64,000 nucleotides of DNA from IMG/VR virus record IMGVR_UViG_3300033233_000017, positions 38,727 to 102,726 of that record. The stretch is one strand, 5' to 3'. Shown piece after piece: positions 16,375 through 27,100 of this stretch; positions within the stretch are counted from its first letter, which is position 1, and every line of letters begins with the position of its first letter. A program made the position numbers and the translations under genes. The notes beneath the pieces were generated by a model. That model was not told where the DNA came from, did not search any database, and saw nothing but the letters and a program-made list of their open reading frames with translations. This DNA is from a virus.

Positions 16375-18825
16375 TTACAGTACGGGCTGTGCCCTGCTTC
16401 CCGCTGCTGGTCGCTCCGGAGCCCGCTTCGCTCCGGGAGCCAGGAAGAGTTCAGGGTGCTGCTTGTACACCTCGTTCAGCGCTCCCGCCTTGCGCAACTG
16501 CTCGTAGTACCCTCCGAGGACTTCCTGCATGGTGAGTGGCACGTTCGGATGCGCGGCCTTGAACCGCTGTACCTGCTCGGGACGCCAATTGTTCATCTGC
16601 GCGCGCACGGTCAGCACATCGTCCTGCGCAAACAGCGCCACACGTTCATAGGCCAAGCCTTGCGATTGTCCCGGCTCAGGGAACAACCGCTGGACACGCA
16701 CCTCGTCCTGATTGGTGATGCGGTAGTTGTCGTTTCCGATGACCTTGGCGGGTGTGTTCAGTTTTCCTTTCAACCTCTCGAATGGGGCTTCCGCATCGGG
16801 GTTCACTGCGAGCGAAAGCGGCCCAAGGAACTTCTGCACCAGCCCGGACTTAGATGGGTTAAACCGATTCAGGAACTCCATCATGTCCGGGAGCAGGTAA
16901 CCATTCGCCTCCACCGCTGCGAGTTTGTCGCGCTGCGTCTTGGTGAGCCTACGGAGGTTCTGCGCACGCATGGCTGCGTCGATGGCGGCATAGTCGCCCT
17001 TCTCCGCACCCTCCACTTTGTCACCTTGAATCATCTGACCAGTGGCGTACTGATCGGTCAATTCTCCAATCCGCGCGTCGTCGTACTGGCGCGGAGCAGC
17101 TTTGGACATGCGCGCGCCGGCGGGAATGCCGGGAGGCGCAGCCATGGCTCCTGCCGTCCCTTGCGTCGGTACAGCGTACGGAGAAGGCGGAATCCCTCCA
17201 GGGGTCGCTAGTGCCACGTTCGCAGGAGCCCGCGATGCCCGCGCAGGCGGCTTGGGTGGATTCGGAACACCTGGGGCATTGGGAGATTCCGTCGTTACAG
17301 GCGCAGCCCCGGAGCGGCGCTGCGTCGGCGGGAATCCGAAGTACTGATACTGCTCTCCGCCAGGACCAGTGTAAGTCATGAGTTGCGCGCCAGGAAGCGA
17401 GTCGGAATAGAGGTAGTCGCCCTTCGTGTCCTTCAGATACTCAGGCGGTTGTCCGGGCACGATGCGCGCCAGAACCCGCTGTCCGCCTCCGGGAATCTGG
17501 ACGGACTGAACGGATGGACGCGCTGGAACCGCCAAACCCGCCTTAATTGCTCCGGGGATGAGCGTCTTCGTCTTTGCGTCATAGACGCCGACCGGCCTGC
17601 CCATAGCGTCAGCAATGGGAAGTCCCGAAAAAGTGGTTCCGTCTGGCGCTTGATAGTTATCCTGCTGCGCTCCAAACATGGCTTGGGAGAGGTAGATCTG
17701 CGCGGGAGTGACGCTTCCGGCAGGCGTCGGACCAGAACGCGATTCGCTGGCTTGTCGCACCCCGGTTTCCTGCGCTGGAGTTCCCGCTGTCGCGCCAGCT
17801 TGCGGAGCGGCTAGATTCGCGGGCATGGAACTCCACACCTGCCCTGCGGGAGACTGCGGACCTTGCGGAGTCTCCGTAGGCTGCGTGCCGGAGGCGGAAG
17901 ATAGTGATTGCCCCGGTTTGCGCATTACGCCAAGTTCCTGCATCGCCTGTTTCGCGTAGAACACCTTCATCCCTTCCATCGTGTTGATGTTGGGAATATA
18001 GGGTCCTAGCGCCATCTGGAGTTGCGGGGGAATCTCGCCCGTGGGGTGATGCTCAAAGATAGGCGACATCACCTCTGCGAACTCAGGATCAGAAAGGATC
18101 GAGGCTTGATCCACCAGCGGTCCGTATTTGGCGGCGATTTCGGGAATCCTCTTAACTGCCGCATTGATCCTCGCCTGATCCCTGAATGCGAACGATTTCT
18201 CGGGCTTGGAGATGTCGGCCAAGGCGTTCTTCATGACCCGATCCGCGTTTTGCTGCGGCGTTAATCGCTTCGTCGTGCCCGCAGTCGTCCCCATCGGGTT
18301 TTGCAGATCCGCGCCGATGCCCAACGATCCTGTCGAGGGCGCTCCTTCCTGCACTTCGGTTGGAGTACCGGAATTTGAGCGGCCACCGCCGAGCGCTGCA
18401 TCCACAATCGGTCCGGCCTTCTGCGTGATGAAGTTCCACACATGCGCGGCTGGTCCGGCATCGGGTCCGAGCGGTTTATAGGGTTTCCCCTTTTCGTCGT
18501 GTGTCAGAAATGCCAGTTGTGCAGCTTGCAGGTCGGCAGTATGCTGACGGATAAATTCCGGATCAAGGCCGGACTTTGCCAAAGTCTGCTGCATCCCCTG
18601 GAGCGCCTGCAATTGCTGATGCTTCTCCAATTCAGATTGCGCGAACTGGCGGGCACGCGCCTGGGAGAAGCCCTGCATGAAACTGGAGACAAGGTTGGCG
18701 ACCTGCCCGCCTTTGCCTTCCCACCCGGATGCCTGCTGCGGACGCGGGTTGTAGTATGGCTGCGTGAGGTACTGGCTGAACGGTCCGTAGTCGAGATTGT
18801 CGATCTCACCCTGCCCTTGCGGCAT
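16375..18825 (-). CDS. putative internal virion / DNA ejection protein
   Basis: 816 aa; N-terminal FMQGFSQA plus a Gln-rich coiled coil, Pro-rich linkers; synteny with P22 gp7/gp20/gp16. Confidence 0.6.
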   Translation of the reverse strand: MPQGQGEIDNLDYGPFSQYLTQPYYNPRPQQASGWEGKGGQVANLVSSFMQGFSQARARQFAQSELEKHQQLQALQGMQQTLAKSGLDPEFIRQHTADLQAAQLAFLTHDEKGKPYKPLGPDAGPAAHVWNFITQKAGPIVDAALGGGRSNSGTPTEVQEGAPSTGSLGIGADLQNPMGTTAGTTKRLTPQQNADRVMKNALADISKPEKSFAFRDQARINAAVKRIPEIAAKYGPLVDQASILSDPEFAEVMSPIFEHHPTGEIPPQLQMALGPYIPNINTMEGMKVFYAKQAMQELGVMRKPGQSLSSASGTQPTETPQGPQSPAGQVWSSMPANLAAPQAGATAGTPAQETGVRQASESRSGPTPAGSVTPAQIYLSQAMFGAQQDNYQAPDGTTFSGLPIADAMGRPVGVYDAKTKTLIPGAIKAGLAVPARPSVQSVQIPGGGQRVLARIVPGQPPEYLKDTKGDYLYSDSLPGAQLMTYTGPGGEQYQYFGFPPTQRRSGAAPVTTESPNAPGVPNPPKPPARASRAPANVALATPGGIPPSPYAVPTQGTAGAMAAPPGIPAGARMSKAAPRQYDDARIGELTDQYATGQMIQGDKVEGAEKGDYAAIDAAMRAQNLRRLTKTQRDKLAAVEANGYLLPDMMEFLNRFNPSKSGLVQKFLGPLSLAVNPDAEAPFERLKGKLNTPAKVIGNDNYRITNQDEVRVQRLFPEPGQSQGLAYERVALFAQDDVLTVRAQMNNWRPEQVQRFKAAHPNVPLTMQEVLGGYYEQLRKAGALNEVYKQHPELFLAPGAKRAPERPAAGSRAQPVL

Positions 18826-18834
18826 GTCCCCTCC

Positions 18835-19398
18835 TTATGGCTTTTTAAACGCTCCGCCACCCACTGCTGTCCCCGCGGCTCCGGCTAACTGCCCGAAGAA
18901 CCCCATCGTCGTGGCCTTGCCTTGGGCGTCTTGCTGCATGACGTTGCCGATCATGGACGCCGCGCCTTCGTTCCCGCGCAGTCCCGCGCCGGTCTGCTGC
19001 AACGCCACCTGTGCGTTCTCTTTGCCCAAGTTCGCCAGCCCGCCGAAAGCGTTCATCCACGTGTCATTTAGGTACTTCGAGACGGCATCGCCTTTGGCTG
19101 TCTGGGCGCTGGCAAGGGCGTAGTCCCGCCCCGCGCCTGCCGGAGTCTGTTCGAGGATGTTCTCTTTGGCCTGCTGATATTGCTTGGAGATGTTACTGAC
19201 AGCGGGCGCGGTGGCTTGTGCGGACAGATCCCGGCTCCCGCCGATGATCTTCTGGAACAGGTCGGCAATGGGTTGTTCGTACTTGGTCTGCTTGTCGAAG
19301 CCCTGTTGCGCAAGGGCAGCCATCTTGTCCGCGACATCGGACTGCTTGCGTGCGGTCTCGCGCTCAAACGACTTGTCTTCCTGTTTAGGTCCCGACAC
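18835..19398 (-). CDS. DNA pilot/ejection protein (P22 gp7-like)
   Basis: Q/A/G-rich with a C-terminal Gly-rich hydrophobic tail (FFGQLAGAAGTAVGGG); follows the GNAT gene. Confidence 0.6.
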   Translation of the reverse strand: MSGPKQEDKSFERETARKQSDVADKMAALAQQGFDKQTKYEQPIADLFQKIIGGSRDLSAQATAPAVSNISKQYQQAKENILEQTPAGAGRDYALASAQTAKGDAVSKYLNDTWMNAFGGLANLGKENAQVALQQTGAGLRGNEGAASMIGNVMQQDAQGKATTMGFFGQLAGAAGTAVGGGAFKKP

Positions 19399-19984
19399 TT
19401 ACCACCTCCGTCTCTACCCACTCGCTACGCCATGCGTCCCGCTCCGCCATCGAAATCGCCACACTGCACAGGTTGTTCTTCCACGTCGTAAAGTTGGGGA
19501 TCTGCGCTTCAATCTTCATGCCGATCAACTGCGCGTACCGGATCGCCAGCGCGTTCGGAAGCGGCGTCGTGCCGTAGCAGACGTTGACGTTCACCCGCTC
19601 AAATGCCCATTCGAGCATCATCTGACCGAAGCGCACTTTCGCCAAAGGAGAGTATCCATCGAAGAATGCAAAGCCCACTTCCGCCTTGCGGTGATCGCGC
19701 CCAATTTGAGTCACGGTGTTGATCCAGCCCATCCCGATAAACTCCGGGTCCCGGCCATCGGCGTATGTGCGCATACACGCGAGGAAGTTGTTCTTTGGAT
19801 TGTCGGTCCAGTCCAGCCACCAGCGCAGATCGGGGACACCTTCGTAGAAGAGGATAGGGAGCGTGCCGTCCTGTGCCCACCGCAGATAGGCTACGGCCAG
19901 CATGGAGGCGTCCCGGCAGGGCGTCACCAGCAGGTCGCCACAGCGATAGGCGAGTTCTTCTTTGACTAGGCGCAAGCGTTCCAC
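19385..19984 (-). CDS. GNAT-fold protein (P22 gp14 / T7 gp13-like position)
   Basis: AEVGFAFF and YGTTPLPNALAIRYAQLIGMKIEA fit RimJ/RimL-type GNAT; expected position ahead of the ejection genes. Confidence 0.7.
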   Translation of the reverse strand: MERLRLVKEELAYRCGDLLVTPCRDASMLAVAYLRWAQDGTLPILFYEGVPDLRWWLDWTDNPKNNFLACMRTYADGRDPEFIGMGWINTVTQIGRDHRKAEVGFAFFDGYSPLAKVRFGQMMLEWAFERVNVNVCYGTTPLPNALAIRYAQLIGMKIEAQIPNFTTWKNNLCSVAISMAERDAWRSEWVETEVVSVGT

Positions 19985-20184
19985 TACAATTCCAATTCTA
20001 TAGGCGAATCAACTGGTTAGCCAGAAAAAGTTAAAGCTGAAGATGTGTTGTCAAGCCTAAGTTGTTGCAGGTAACGATATTTGTCATCGCGCATACGTTT
20101 TCAAGAATCCGACACTCAACTCTTTTTGTAATCGTTTCAGTTACTTGCATACTTGTATACGAATACCGTAGTACACTGGGAAGC

Positions 20185-20625
20185 ATGAAAGCCATCGTGT
20201 TGCTGTTGTTCGCTGTACTCTCTTCCGCCGCGACCATCGACCGAGAGATCGAATCCGCGCAGATTACGCCGATCAATCACAGAGCATGTTTACTATTCGT
20301 TAGCCTCGGGATCGAGAAAATCGAGAACTGCCGTCCCCACATCGCGGTGACTTGGACTTATACCGCGAAGCCGCTGAAACGCGGAGAACTCTTTCGCATT
20401 GAACTCACCTATGCGGATGCAACCGGAATGTGGCGCACCCTTACGCAATATCCCGAACGCGCGCAGAGTCGATTCCCTGTCCGCTTCACCCAACTATGCG
20501 CCTTCGATGTGGAGGAATTTTCAAGGCCCCGTGTCGTCATCACGCGCATGGTGATGACAGAGCAGGTCGAGGCCGCTACTGACGGAAGTGCTCCGATAGA
20601 ATCGGACACCGCTCCGGGGATGTGA
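20185..20625 (+). CDS. secreted hypothetical protein, antisense to the virion operon (moron-like)
   Basis: Signal peptide MKAIVLLLFAVLSSAA; preceded by an AT-rich 200-bp gap. Confidence 0.6.
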   Translation: MKAIVLLLFAVLSSAATIDREIESAQITPINHRACLLFVSLGIEKIENCRPHIAVTWTYTAKPLKRGELFRIELTYADATGMWRTLTQYPERAQSRFPVRFTQLCAFDVEEFSRPRVVITRMVMTEQVEAATDGSAPIESDTAPGM

Positions 20626-20631
20626 TCCCCG

Positions 20632-20871
20632 CTATTCGTGAGTATGCGCCGGCGCGACGGAGCGTAGCCCCATCCCAGGCATGGGGTCTTTCGGTTCTTC
20701 GGGAGGCTCCAGCCCGTACATATTCTCCTGCAACCGGAACCCTTCCATGCTGTGCTGCGTGGCGATCACCTGAAGCGCCACGTCAAGGGACCGCTTCGCC
20801 ATGAGTAAGTCCTGGTTCAGTCGCAGAACCATCTCTCGCTCTGCCACCGTAAAGGTGTAGCTTGTTTTCAT
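20632..20871 (-). CDS. small hypothetical protein (possible tail-tip chaperone)
   Basis: RBS GAGG; follows the tail tip gene. Confidence 0.5.
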   Translation of the reverse strand: MKTSYTFTVAEREMVLRLNQDLLMAKRSLDVALQVIATQHSMEGFRLQENMYGLEPPEEPKDPMPGMGLRSVAPAHTHE

Positions 20872-20893
20872 CTTTACGCCTCTATTCTGAGTA

Positions 20894-23800
20894 TCAACCC
20901 CACCATGTTACCAGCGTACGGAAGCAGTTCGGAAGAGATTTAACCACGACGTAGAAGGCATTCCCGTCCCACTGCAATGCAAACTCCTGATCGTTGAGCG
21001 CCGCCCTTACCTGCGCATCCGTATAGGCGCTATTGAAGTACCGCAGTTTCGCCCACGTGAGATCCGTTCCTGCGTGCTGGTGCGACAGGGGCGCGTACCC
21101 GGAGTGGGTATGTGTCGCCGCCGCCTTGTTGCTAAGATCGGTGACTAGATTCGTGACCAGACTTTGAGGCATGGACACAGATCCCGATTCCGCAAAAATC
21201 GTTGTTCCTCTGATGCGAAGAGAGTATAAGTCCGCAAATCTCCCAAGCACCGAACTAGCCCGAATGTGGTGCGTAAGGACGTTGTAGTCGTCATACAGTT
21301 CCAACCTCGCCCATGCCCCTGCCCCACCACTCTTTAATTCAAAATACATTGCCCCTGATGCTAATCCGGTCGCATAGGAGGTTGACGCCAGCGAAAATCC
21401 GGAAGCATAATACCTGCTGTCATACCCATTACTGTCAACGGTTTGAGTTTGAGATAAGACCAGCCACCCACTGTCCAGTTGTCCTGTCTGTACGCTAGAT
21501 CCGACTGCACTGTATACTGACTTAAAACCAGTGGACGCGTCCACTGTGGTTGTGGTGTGGTACAACGTTGAGGAGAGAGCTATCTTGCACTGGCGCGTGG
21601 AGTTGTTGCCCATAATCACGTCGCCGTTGTTGTCGATGTAGAACGGCGCGTCGGCGGGACTGGTTCCGCCTGCCCAGAAGTTCGACGCCCATAGCCCCTC
21701 GTAGTTCCCGTTAACCCCGGCCCACATGACCATCTTCTCGGTGCCGTTGGGATAGTGCCCGTATACCGCAATCTGTCCGGGACGCGGCGTTCCGCCTGGG
21801 AAGTAGTATCCGACGCGCAAGGTCCCCGTCAACATCTTGTCGGCGGAGATCGAGTTCATCATGAACTTCCCGGTAGCGGGGTCGAGTTTGAATTCGTCTG
21901 TACTGAAACTGCCCAGGTCCGCCCGTCGCAGATCCAGCCCGCCGACCTGCGTGGTGGGCACGATGTCGTAGTGATCCGTGCCGCCCGCGAAAGCGTCCGT
22001 AACCTTGGTTTCGACACGCTTCTGGCTCATTGCATAGAGAGTCAACCGGTAAGTCCAGGTGCTCTTGCAGATCCAATCCATGGCGACCACCCAGGTCTTC
22101 CCTGCGCCATCCTGGTCCGTCCAGACGCGGTTCTCGCCCAATACTCCGGCGACCGGCTGCATCGTGATCCGGTCGAGCACCTGCACCCGGAGAGAGTTGT
22201 ACCACCAGTTCGGATCGGTGCTGGTGTTTACCCCGGTGACTTTCGCGGTCACGTACCAGATCCCGTCGTCGTTCTTGTAATAACTCAGCGCTCCCACTGT
22301 GATGCTGGAGCCAGTGCCCGAGCCCGCCGCGCTTCCAAGTTTCGTGACGGTGAGCGTGACCTTGTTCGAGTTGTCGGTCGCCACGTCGCTGGACAAGCCT
22401 TTGCCGTAGAGCGTCGAACGCGGAGCCAGCACGATTTCCCAGGACTCGTTTGCGGTCAGTGGGCGAGTCTTGTAAATGGTTGCGTTCTCGTTCTGTCCGA
22501 CCGCATTGAGGGCGAGGAACAGACCGCAATCGACGTATTCCCCGGTGCCCCGGCGCAACCAGACGTCCACGCCGTTGATGTCCGCCGCTGGCCTAGTCCA
22601 CGTGATCGAGATCCCTATGACCTGTTCGCCTGTGACGTCGTTGTGACTGGGAATCTGCGTAGGCGTCCCGACGATGGCAGGGAACAGGCGCTCCTGATAC
22701 TTAGTGACAGAGATTCCGCTGATGATCGAGCCCGTCGCCCCCTCATCCGGCTTGGTGGTGTACCCGTCCTTGCCGCGCGTCGTCAGCGCGATCTTCCAGG
22801 TCGAGTTCGCCATGGGACGGTCATCCCAGAAGGCATCACTGATAATCTGGTCGGCTGGCAGCGTAGCGGTGTAGGGATAGTAGAACTTGAACTGGTATCC
22901 GAACCCGTCGTTCTTGTCCAGGTATACGTCCACTCCGGCGAGGTTGGCGTCGTTCGGAGGCGTGTATTCAAAGGCCATCCCGACAAACTGCTTCGGGTTA
23001 ACCTTGACCTGCGGGTCGTAGGTGTAGTTGGGGTTCGACTGCCATCCCGTAGGCCACTGGCTACGCTCCGGCTCGGTGCCTGCGAGCAGGTGCGCGCCCG
23101 TCACCGCAGCCACGGGGACTGCCGTGCTTCCGGGGTCTTGCGGTAGCGTCACTTGCAACGGACAAAGCACGTCCGCAGCCGCCCGTTCCCCGCGATGGTT
23201 GACCGAGTAGTAGTAGAAATGTATGTGCGCAGACGCGGCCTTGGGAAGCTGGAACGTCCCCGTCTTCCACGCGCCGTTGCCGCTGGAGTCCGCCTTTACC
23301 GGGCAGTAGTAGACCTCGTAATCCTGCTCCACCCCGCCGTAGACGTACTTGCCGATGACGCGCATTTCCATGAAGTACGGGAAATTAGCGTCTGCTATGT
23401 TCACGTGGAAACTTCCACTGAGGGTATAGTCGGAGCCGGAAGTTTCGAGCGTGATATATGGTGAGGTTCCAGTCGGCACGGACACGGGCGGGATGCCCTC
23501 CGCGCCGGTCGCGGCCTGCTTGTGGACCGTGCATTCAAAGTAGGTGGTGGATCGGGCACTCTGCTGGCCGTTCGAATTCACCGAACGCAGATACAACCGC
23601 CACACCTCGTCCTCCGCCATGGGGCGCGCGTACCATTGCGTGACGAACTTGGCGTTCCCGCGCCCGACTTCGGATTCAGTACCGGCCTCCACCCCTTCGA
23701 CGATCTTGATCCCCATGACCGCCACGTACGCTCGGTCGGCCACGTAGATATCGTTCTCCGGGAAAACCCAGGAGCCCTGGAATTTATAGGAAGTGGCGTC

Positions 23801-24124
23801 CTCGATCACCATCATCCGGTCTGGATTCGTATCGGTCGCATCCAGCACTGGCTCAGGCGGAGGCGGGATTGACGGCGGCGTGACGGCGGTGGACGGCAAG
23901 GGCTGAACCGGTTGGTTCTGCCAGCGGCGCTTGGTCAGTGCGTTGCGCAGCGCGTCCGGACCGTAGAGCGCGGTGGCCTGTTCTTCGGTGAGATATCCCT
24001 GCCCTACCTGCGAGGACACCTTCTCCAATTCCTCATAGATGGTGTGAAGATGGCGGTTCAGCCAAAACGGTTCTGCCATGTCCGCCTTGGTGAGACCCTT
24101 GAACGCGCCCTCGTTGTCCGCCAC
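20894..24124 (-). CDS. tail tip/needle or fibre protein with repeated beta-sandwich domains
   Basis: 1076 aa; repeated GVDV[YW]L..RP...W.I.L units; ISADKMLTGTL motif; C-terminal HxH knots (HTH, HQH). Confidence 0.6.
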   Translation of the reverse strand: MADNEGAFKGLTKADMAEPFWLNRHLHTIYEELEKVSSQVGQGYLTEEQATALYGPDALRNALTKRRWQNQPVQPLPSTAVTPPSIPPPPEPVLDATDTNPDRMMVIEDATSYKFQGSWVFPENDIYVADRAYVAVMGIKIVEGVEAGTESEVGRGNAKFVTQWYARPMAEDEVWRLYLRSVNSNGQQSARSTTYFECTVHKQAATGAEGIPPVSVPTGTSPYITLETSGSDYTLSGSFHVNIADANFPYFMEMRVIGKYVYGGVEQDYEVYYCPVKADSSGNGAWKTGTFQLPKAASAHIHFYYYSVNHRGERAAADVLCPLQVTLPQDPGSTAVPVAAVTGAHLLAGTEPERSQWPTGWQSNPNYTYDPQVKVNPKQFVGMAFEYTPPNDANLAGVDVYLDKNDGFGYQFKFYYPYTATLPADQIISDAFWDDRPMANSTWKIALTTRGKDGYTTKPDEGATGSIISGISVTKYQERLFPAIVGTPTQIPSHNDVTGEQVIGISITWTRPAADINGVDVWLRRGTGEYVDCGLFLALNAVGQNENATIYKTRPLTANESWEIVLAPRSTLYGKGLSSDVATDNSNKVTLTVTKLGSAAGSGTGSSITVGALSYYKNDDGIWYVTAKVTGVNTSTDPNWWYNSLRVQVLDRITMQPVAGVLGENRVWTDQDGAGKTWVVAMDWICKSTWTYRLTLYAMSQKRVETKVTDAFAGGTDHYDIVPTTQVGGLDLRRADLGSFSTDEFKLDPATGKFMMNSISADKMLTGTLRVGYYFPGGTPRPGQIAVYGHYPNGTEKMVMWAGVNGNYEGLWASNFWAGGTSPADAPFYIDNNGDVIMGNNSTRQCKIALSSTLYHTTTTVDASTGFKSVYSAVGSSVQTGQLDSGWLVLSQTQTVDSNGYDSRYYASGFSLASTSYATGLASGAMYFELKSGGAGAWARLELYDDYNVLTHHIRASSVLGRFADLYSLRIRGTTIFAESGSVSMPQSLVTNLVTDLSNKAAATHTHSGYAPLSHQHAGTDLTWAKLRYFNSAYTDAQVRAALNDQEFALQWDGNAFYVVVKSLPNCFRTLVTWWG

Positions 24125-24136
24125 GGTCCGCTCTCC

Positions 24137-27100
24137 TTACGACTGCACCTGCATCGCTTCCCAGAGTAAGTTCTGGTTGTAGCCCTGCCGCTGATCGCCG
24201 CTCAATTGTTTCGATTCGACGCGCGAGCCGTCGCCGTAGACTTTGAAGATGTGCTTGGTGCTGTACTCGTCGGCCACCGATTCGACCTCAAACTTATAGC
24301 GGATGCTCTTATTCAAGATCGAGCCCGCGCGCAGCGGGATCAGGAAGTGCTCCACGTCGCGGTAGGTGTGTGGCGGAAGGCGCTTGGTGTAAAGCAGTTG
24401 CCCGCCATCGCGGTAGATCCGGAAGTCCACGGACCCGGCGCTGATATAGTGCAGCCACACCTGCTTCAGAAACTTGTAGCCTTCGTAACCGAGCACAATC
24501 TCGCCGGAGCACCAGTACGTCAGTGGTGCGGGCTCGCGGGCGAAGTTCCAGATCGGAGGATTGGTGAAGAGTTGGAATTTTCCTCCCGCTCCCGGAGTGG
24601 GCACGATGCGAAAGAGCTTGCCGACGATGTTCGGCTGAACCGTCAGGATGCGCGCCCGGTCCAACGTGCCGGAGTTCACTGAGAAGTTCTGATAGGTGAC
24701 GCCATCGGCCTGGAATGCTACGTTTGCAGCCACCCCGCTCGTATCCACTCCGAGCGTGAAACTGCGCATGACTTTCTCGAAGGGATACCCGCAAGCGTCC
24801 CATTCGGTCGCGGCGATGGTATCGGGCGGATAGTTGTCCTTGTCGATGGTGTACTTCCACTCCCGGAAGTCAGTCGGCAACAGCGGAGCGGCCTTCGGAT
24901 AGATCCGCACCATCTTGACCACTTTCCCGTCCGGGATCAGGAAGGTTTCCAACCTGCGCCCACCCGTCACTAGATTGAACTCCATGATTTGGGAAACGGT
25001 TTGCGCGCCGGTCAGACCAAATAGACCGTCCATGACCATGGTGGCCGGAGTCGTGACTTCGTATTCGATGATGATCTGCTTGAGCTTCTTGTCATAGGGA
25101 TATCCGAGCGAATCCCAGTCGAAGCTGTGCATCACCGGACCTTTATCGGCAGGCGCGACGATGAAGTCCGGCTTGGAGAACATCTGGAACTTGCCGTTGG
25201 TCCCCGGAGTGACGCGGATACGGGCTTTCTTTCCCGAAATCCCTTGGTGCAACGTAAGGTTCTGCCGACGCGTAGCGAACGTGGTGCTGACGCTCAACGT
25301 CTGCACGTCCACCCCATCCACTTCGACCACGACGCTCGCAGCCACCCCGCCTGTATCCACATCCAGGACGATCTGCTGGAAGTATTTCAGGTACGGCGTT
25401 CCGCAATCGTCCGGCTCGGTGAACAGGGTGATGTCAGCCGGATACTTCTCGTACGTGACGTTCCAGTCGAAGATCTCAAAATCGGACGTCGGCGTAGAAG
25501 GACGCAGGCGCACCGCCTTCGCCACCACTTCGCGCCCGCCTGCCGCCAGTTTGATCGGAAGCGTGGCGACGGCGCGGTTATTCCCGGTCAGCGTGAACGT
25601 CGCCACCGCGTTGGTCTGGGTGTTTCCGGCGATCCCGGAGAGTATGTCCAGATTCAGCGGGATGGACTGGTTGTGCGCGTTGTACACGATTACCAACTGG
25701 TCCAGGCGCTTGTCGTGCGGATATTCGAGCGCGTTCCAGTCGTAAGCTTTGCCGCGCTGCGTTTGCGCCAATTCGATGACGTTGAGGGTGATCGAATAGA
25801 GGGACAGCGCCGCCTTGGTCGCTCCCTCAAAGCGCAACTGCATGGCGAAGCACTGCTTCCCCTCGGTGAGCCCATTGCCGTCCAACTTCACTGGGACGGA
25901 GTAGCGATGCCGTCCGCCCGTGGGCGAAGCCGGGATGGTGATGGTTTCGTCCACTGAGGTGGAGAAGTTGTAATAGGTCTTCAACGAGACCGCATCGACG
26001 TTCTCCAGTTCGATCACGAAATCGCTGATCTGGTTGTTCAGACTGCGGGTATTGAACCAGCCCGTCTGAAGCGCGTAATCGACCGTGCTGCTGTTATCCC
26101 CGAGAGTATTGCTGTCCTCCTGGTAGATGTAGGCGCTCACCGTGGAGCCGGTGTTGTAGTTCCGGGCGCACAGCAGATTCCCGGTGTCCACGTCGGAGTA
26201 GAACGCAGTGTACGTCGCCGCCACGTTCCCGGCTTCCATGGCTGGCCGGAGAATGTGCCACTTACCTTCCGGAGCAGCCGGGTCGCTGAGATCGCAGTAC
26301 AGCGTGATGGAATTGCCCATCGTGTCGAAACAGGCGACTCGGATGGCGTTCTTGTGAAATTCAAACCGGATCTTCTCCCGGTAGGCATCGCTCAAGTCGA
26401 TGGGAGCGAGACCGTTGACGGTCTTGCCCTTGAACATCCAGTCGATCTGCCGAGAGCGCAGGATGGCTTCTCCGCCGCTCCAGGAGTAGATGCCGTCATA
26501 CGACAGGAACCAGATCTCTCCGTTGGTCTTGCACCATGCGCCTGCGGCAATCAGCCCACGCTTAGAAGGCGTCTCCGTGGGAGCCCGCATGACGCCCAAG
26601 TAGAGTTGCACGACATAGATCGAGTTCAGGTTCAGGCACAGAATGATGTCCGAGAAATCGGTGATTGCCACAATCGGGTTCGACGGAGAACCAACGTTGA
26701 CCGTGTGCGCCACCCCGGTGGTCAGATTCACAATCGGGAAACTCTCCGGACGCGCTTTCTTGGACTTGTAGAGTACATGCGGGTTGTTCGGGTCTCCCGC
26801 CAGGAACAGAGATTCGTAGGCTTGGCAGGACAGACGGCACGGAGAGCCCACCACGGAATCGCAGGAGACGCGCTCTCCAGTGCTGTGCGCCCGTTGCAGC
26901 CAGACGCTCATGGAATTCGAACCGAGTGCCTGGATGGTGCAGGACTCCGCGTTCGCGCCGCTTCCGATGTACACCGTTGACCCGATGGTCAGCGCGGCGG
27001 TGCTCACGCCTACGCCGATGGAGGATTGTCCCGCTGCGTAATTGGCTTGCAGGCTCCCGACGAATTGCACTGGCAAGGTGCTGCGCACGGGAGGATCGTT

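Noticed and set aside
20894-24124. Diversity-generating retroelement targeting the tail tip or fibres
   Set aside because: No reverse transcriptase, and no TR/VR repeat pair differing at adenines was seen.
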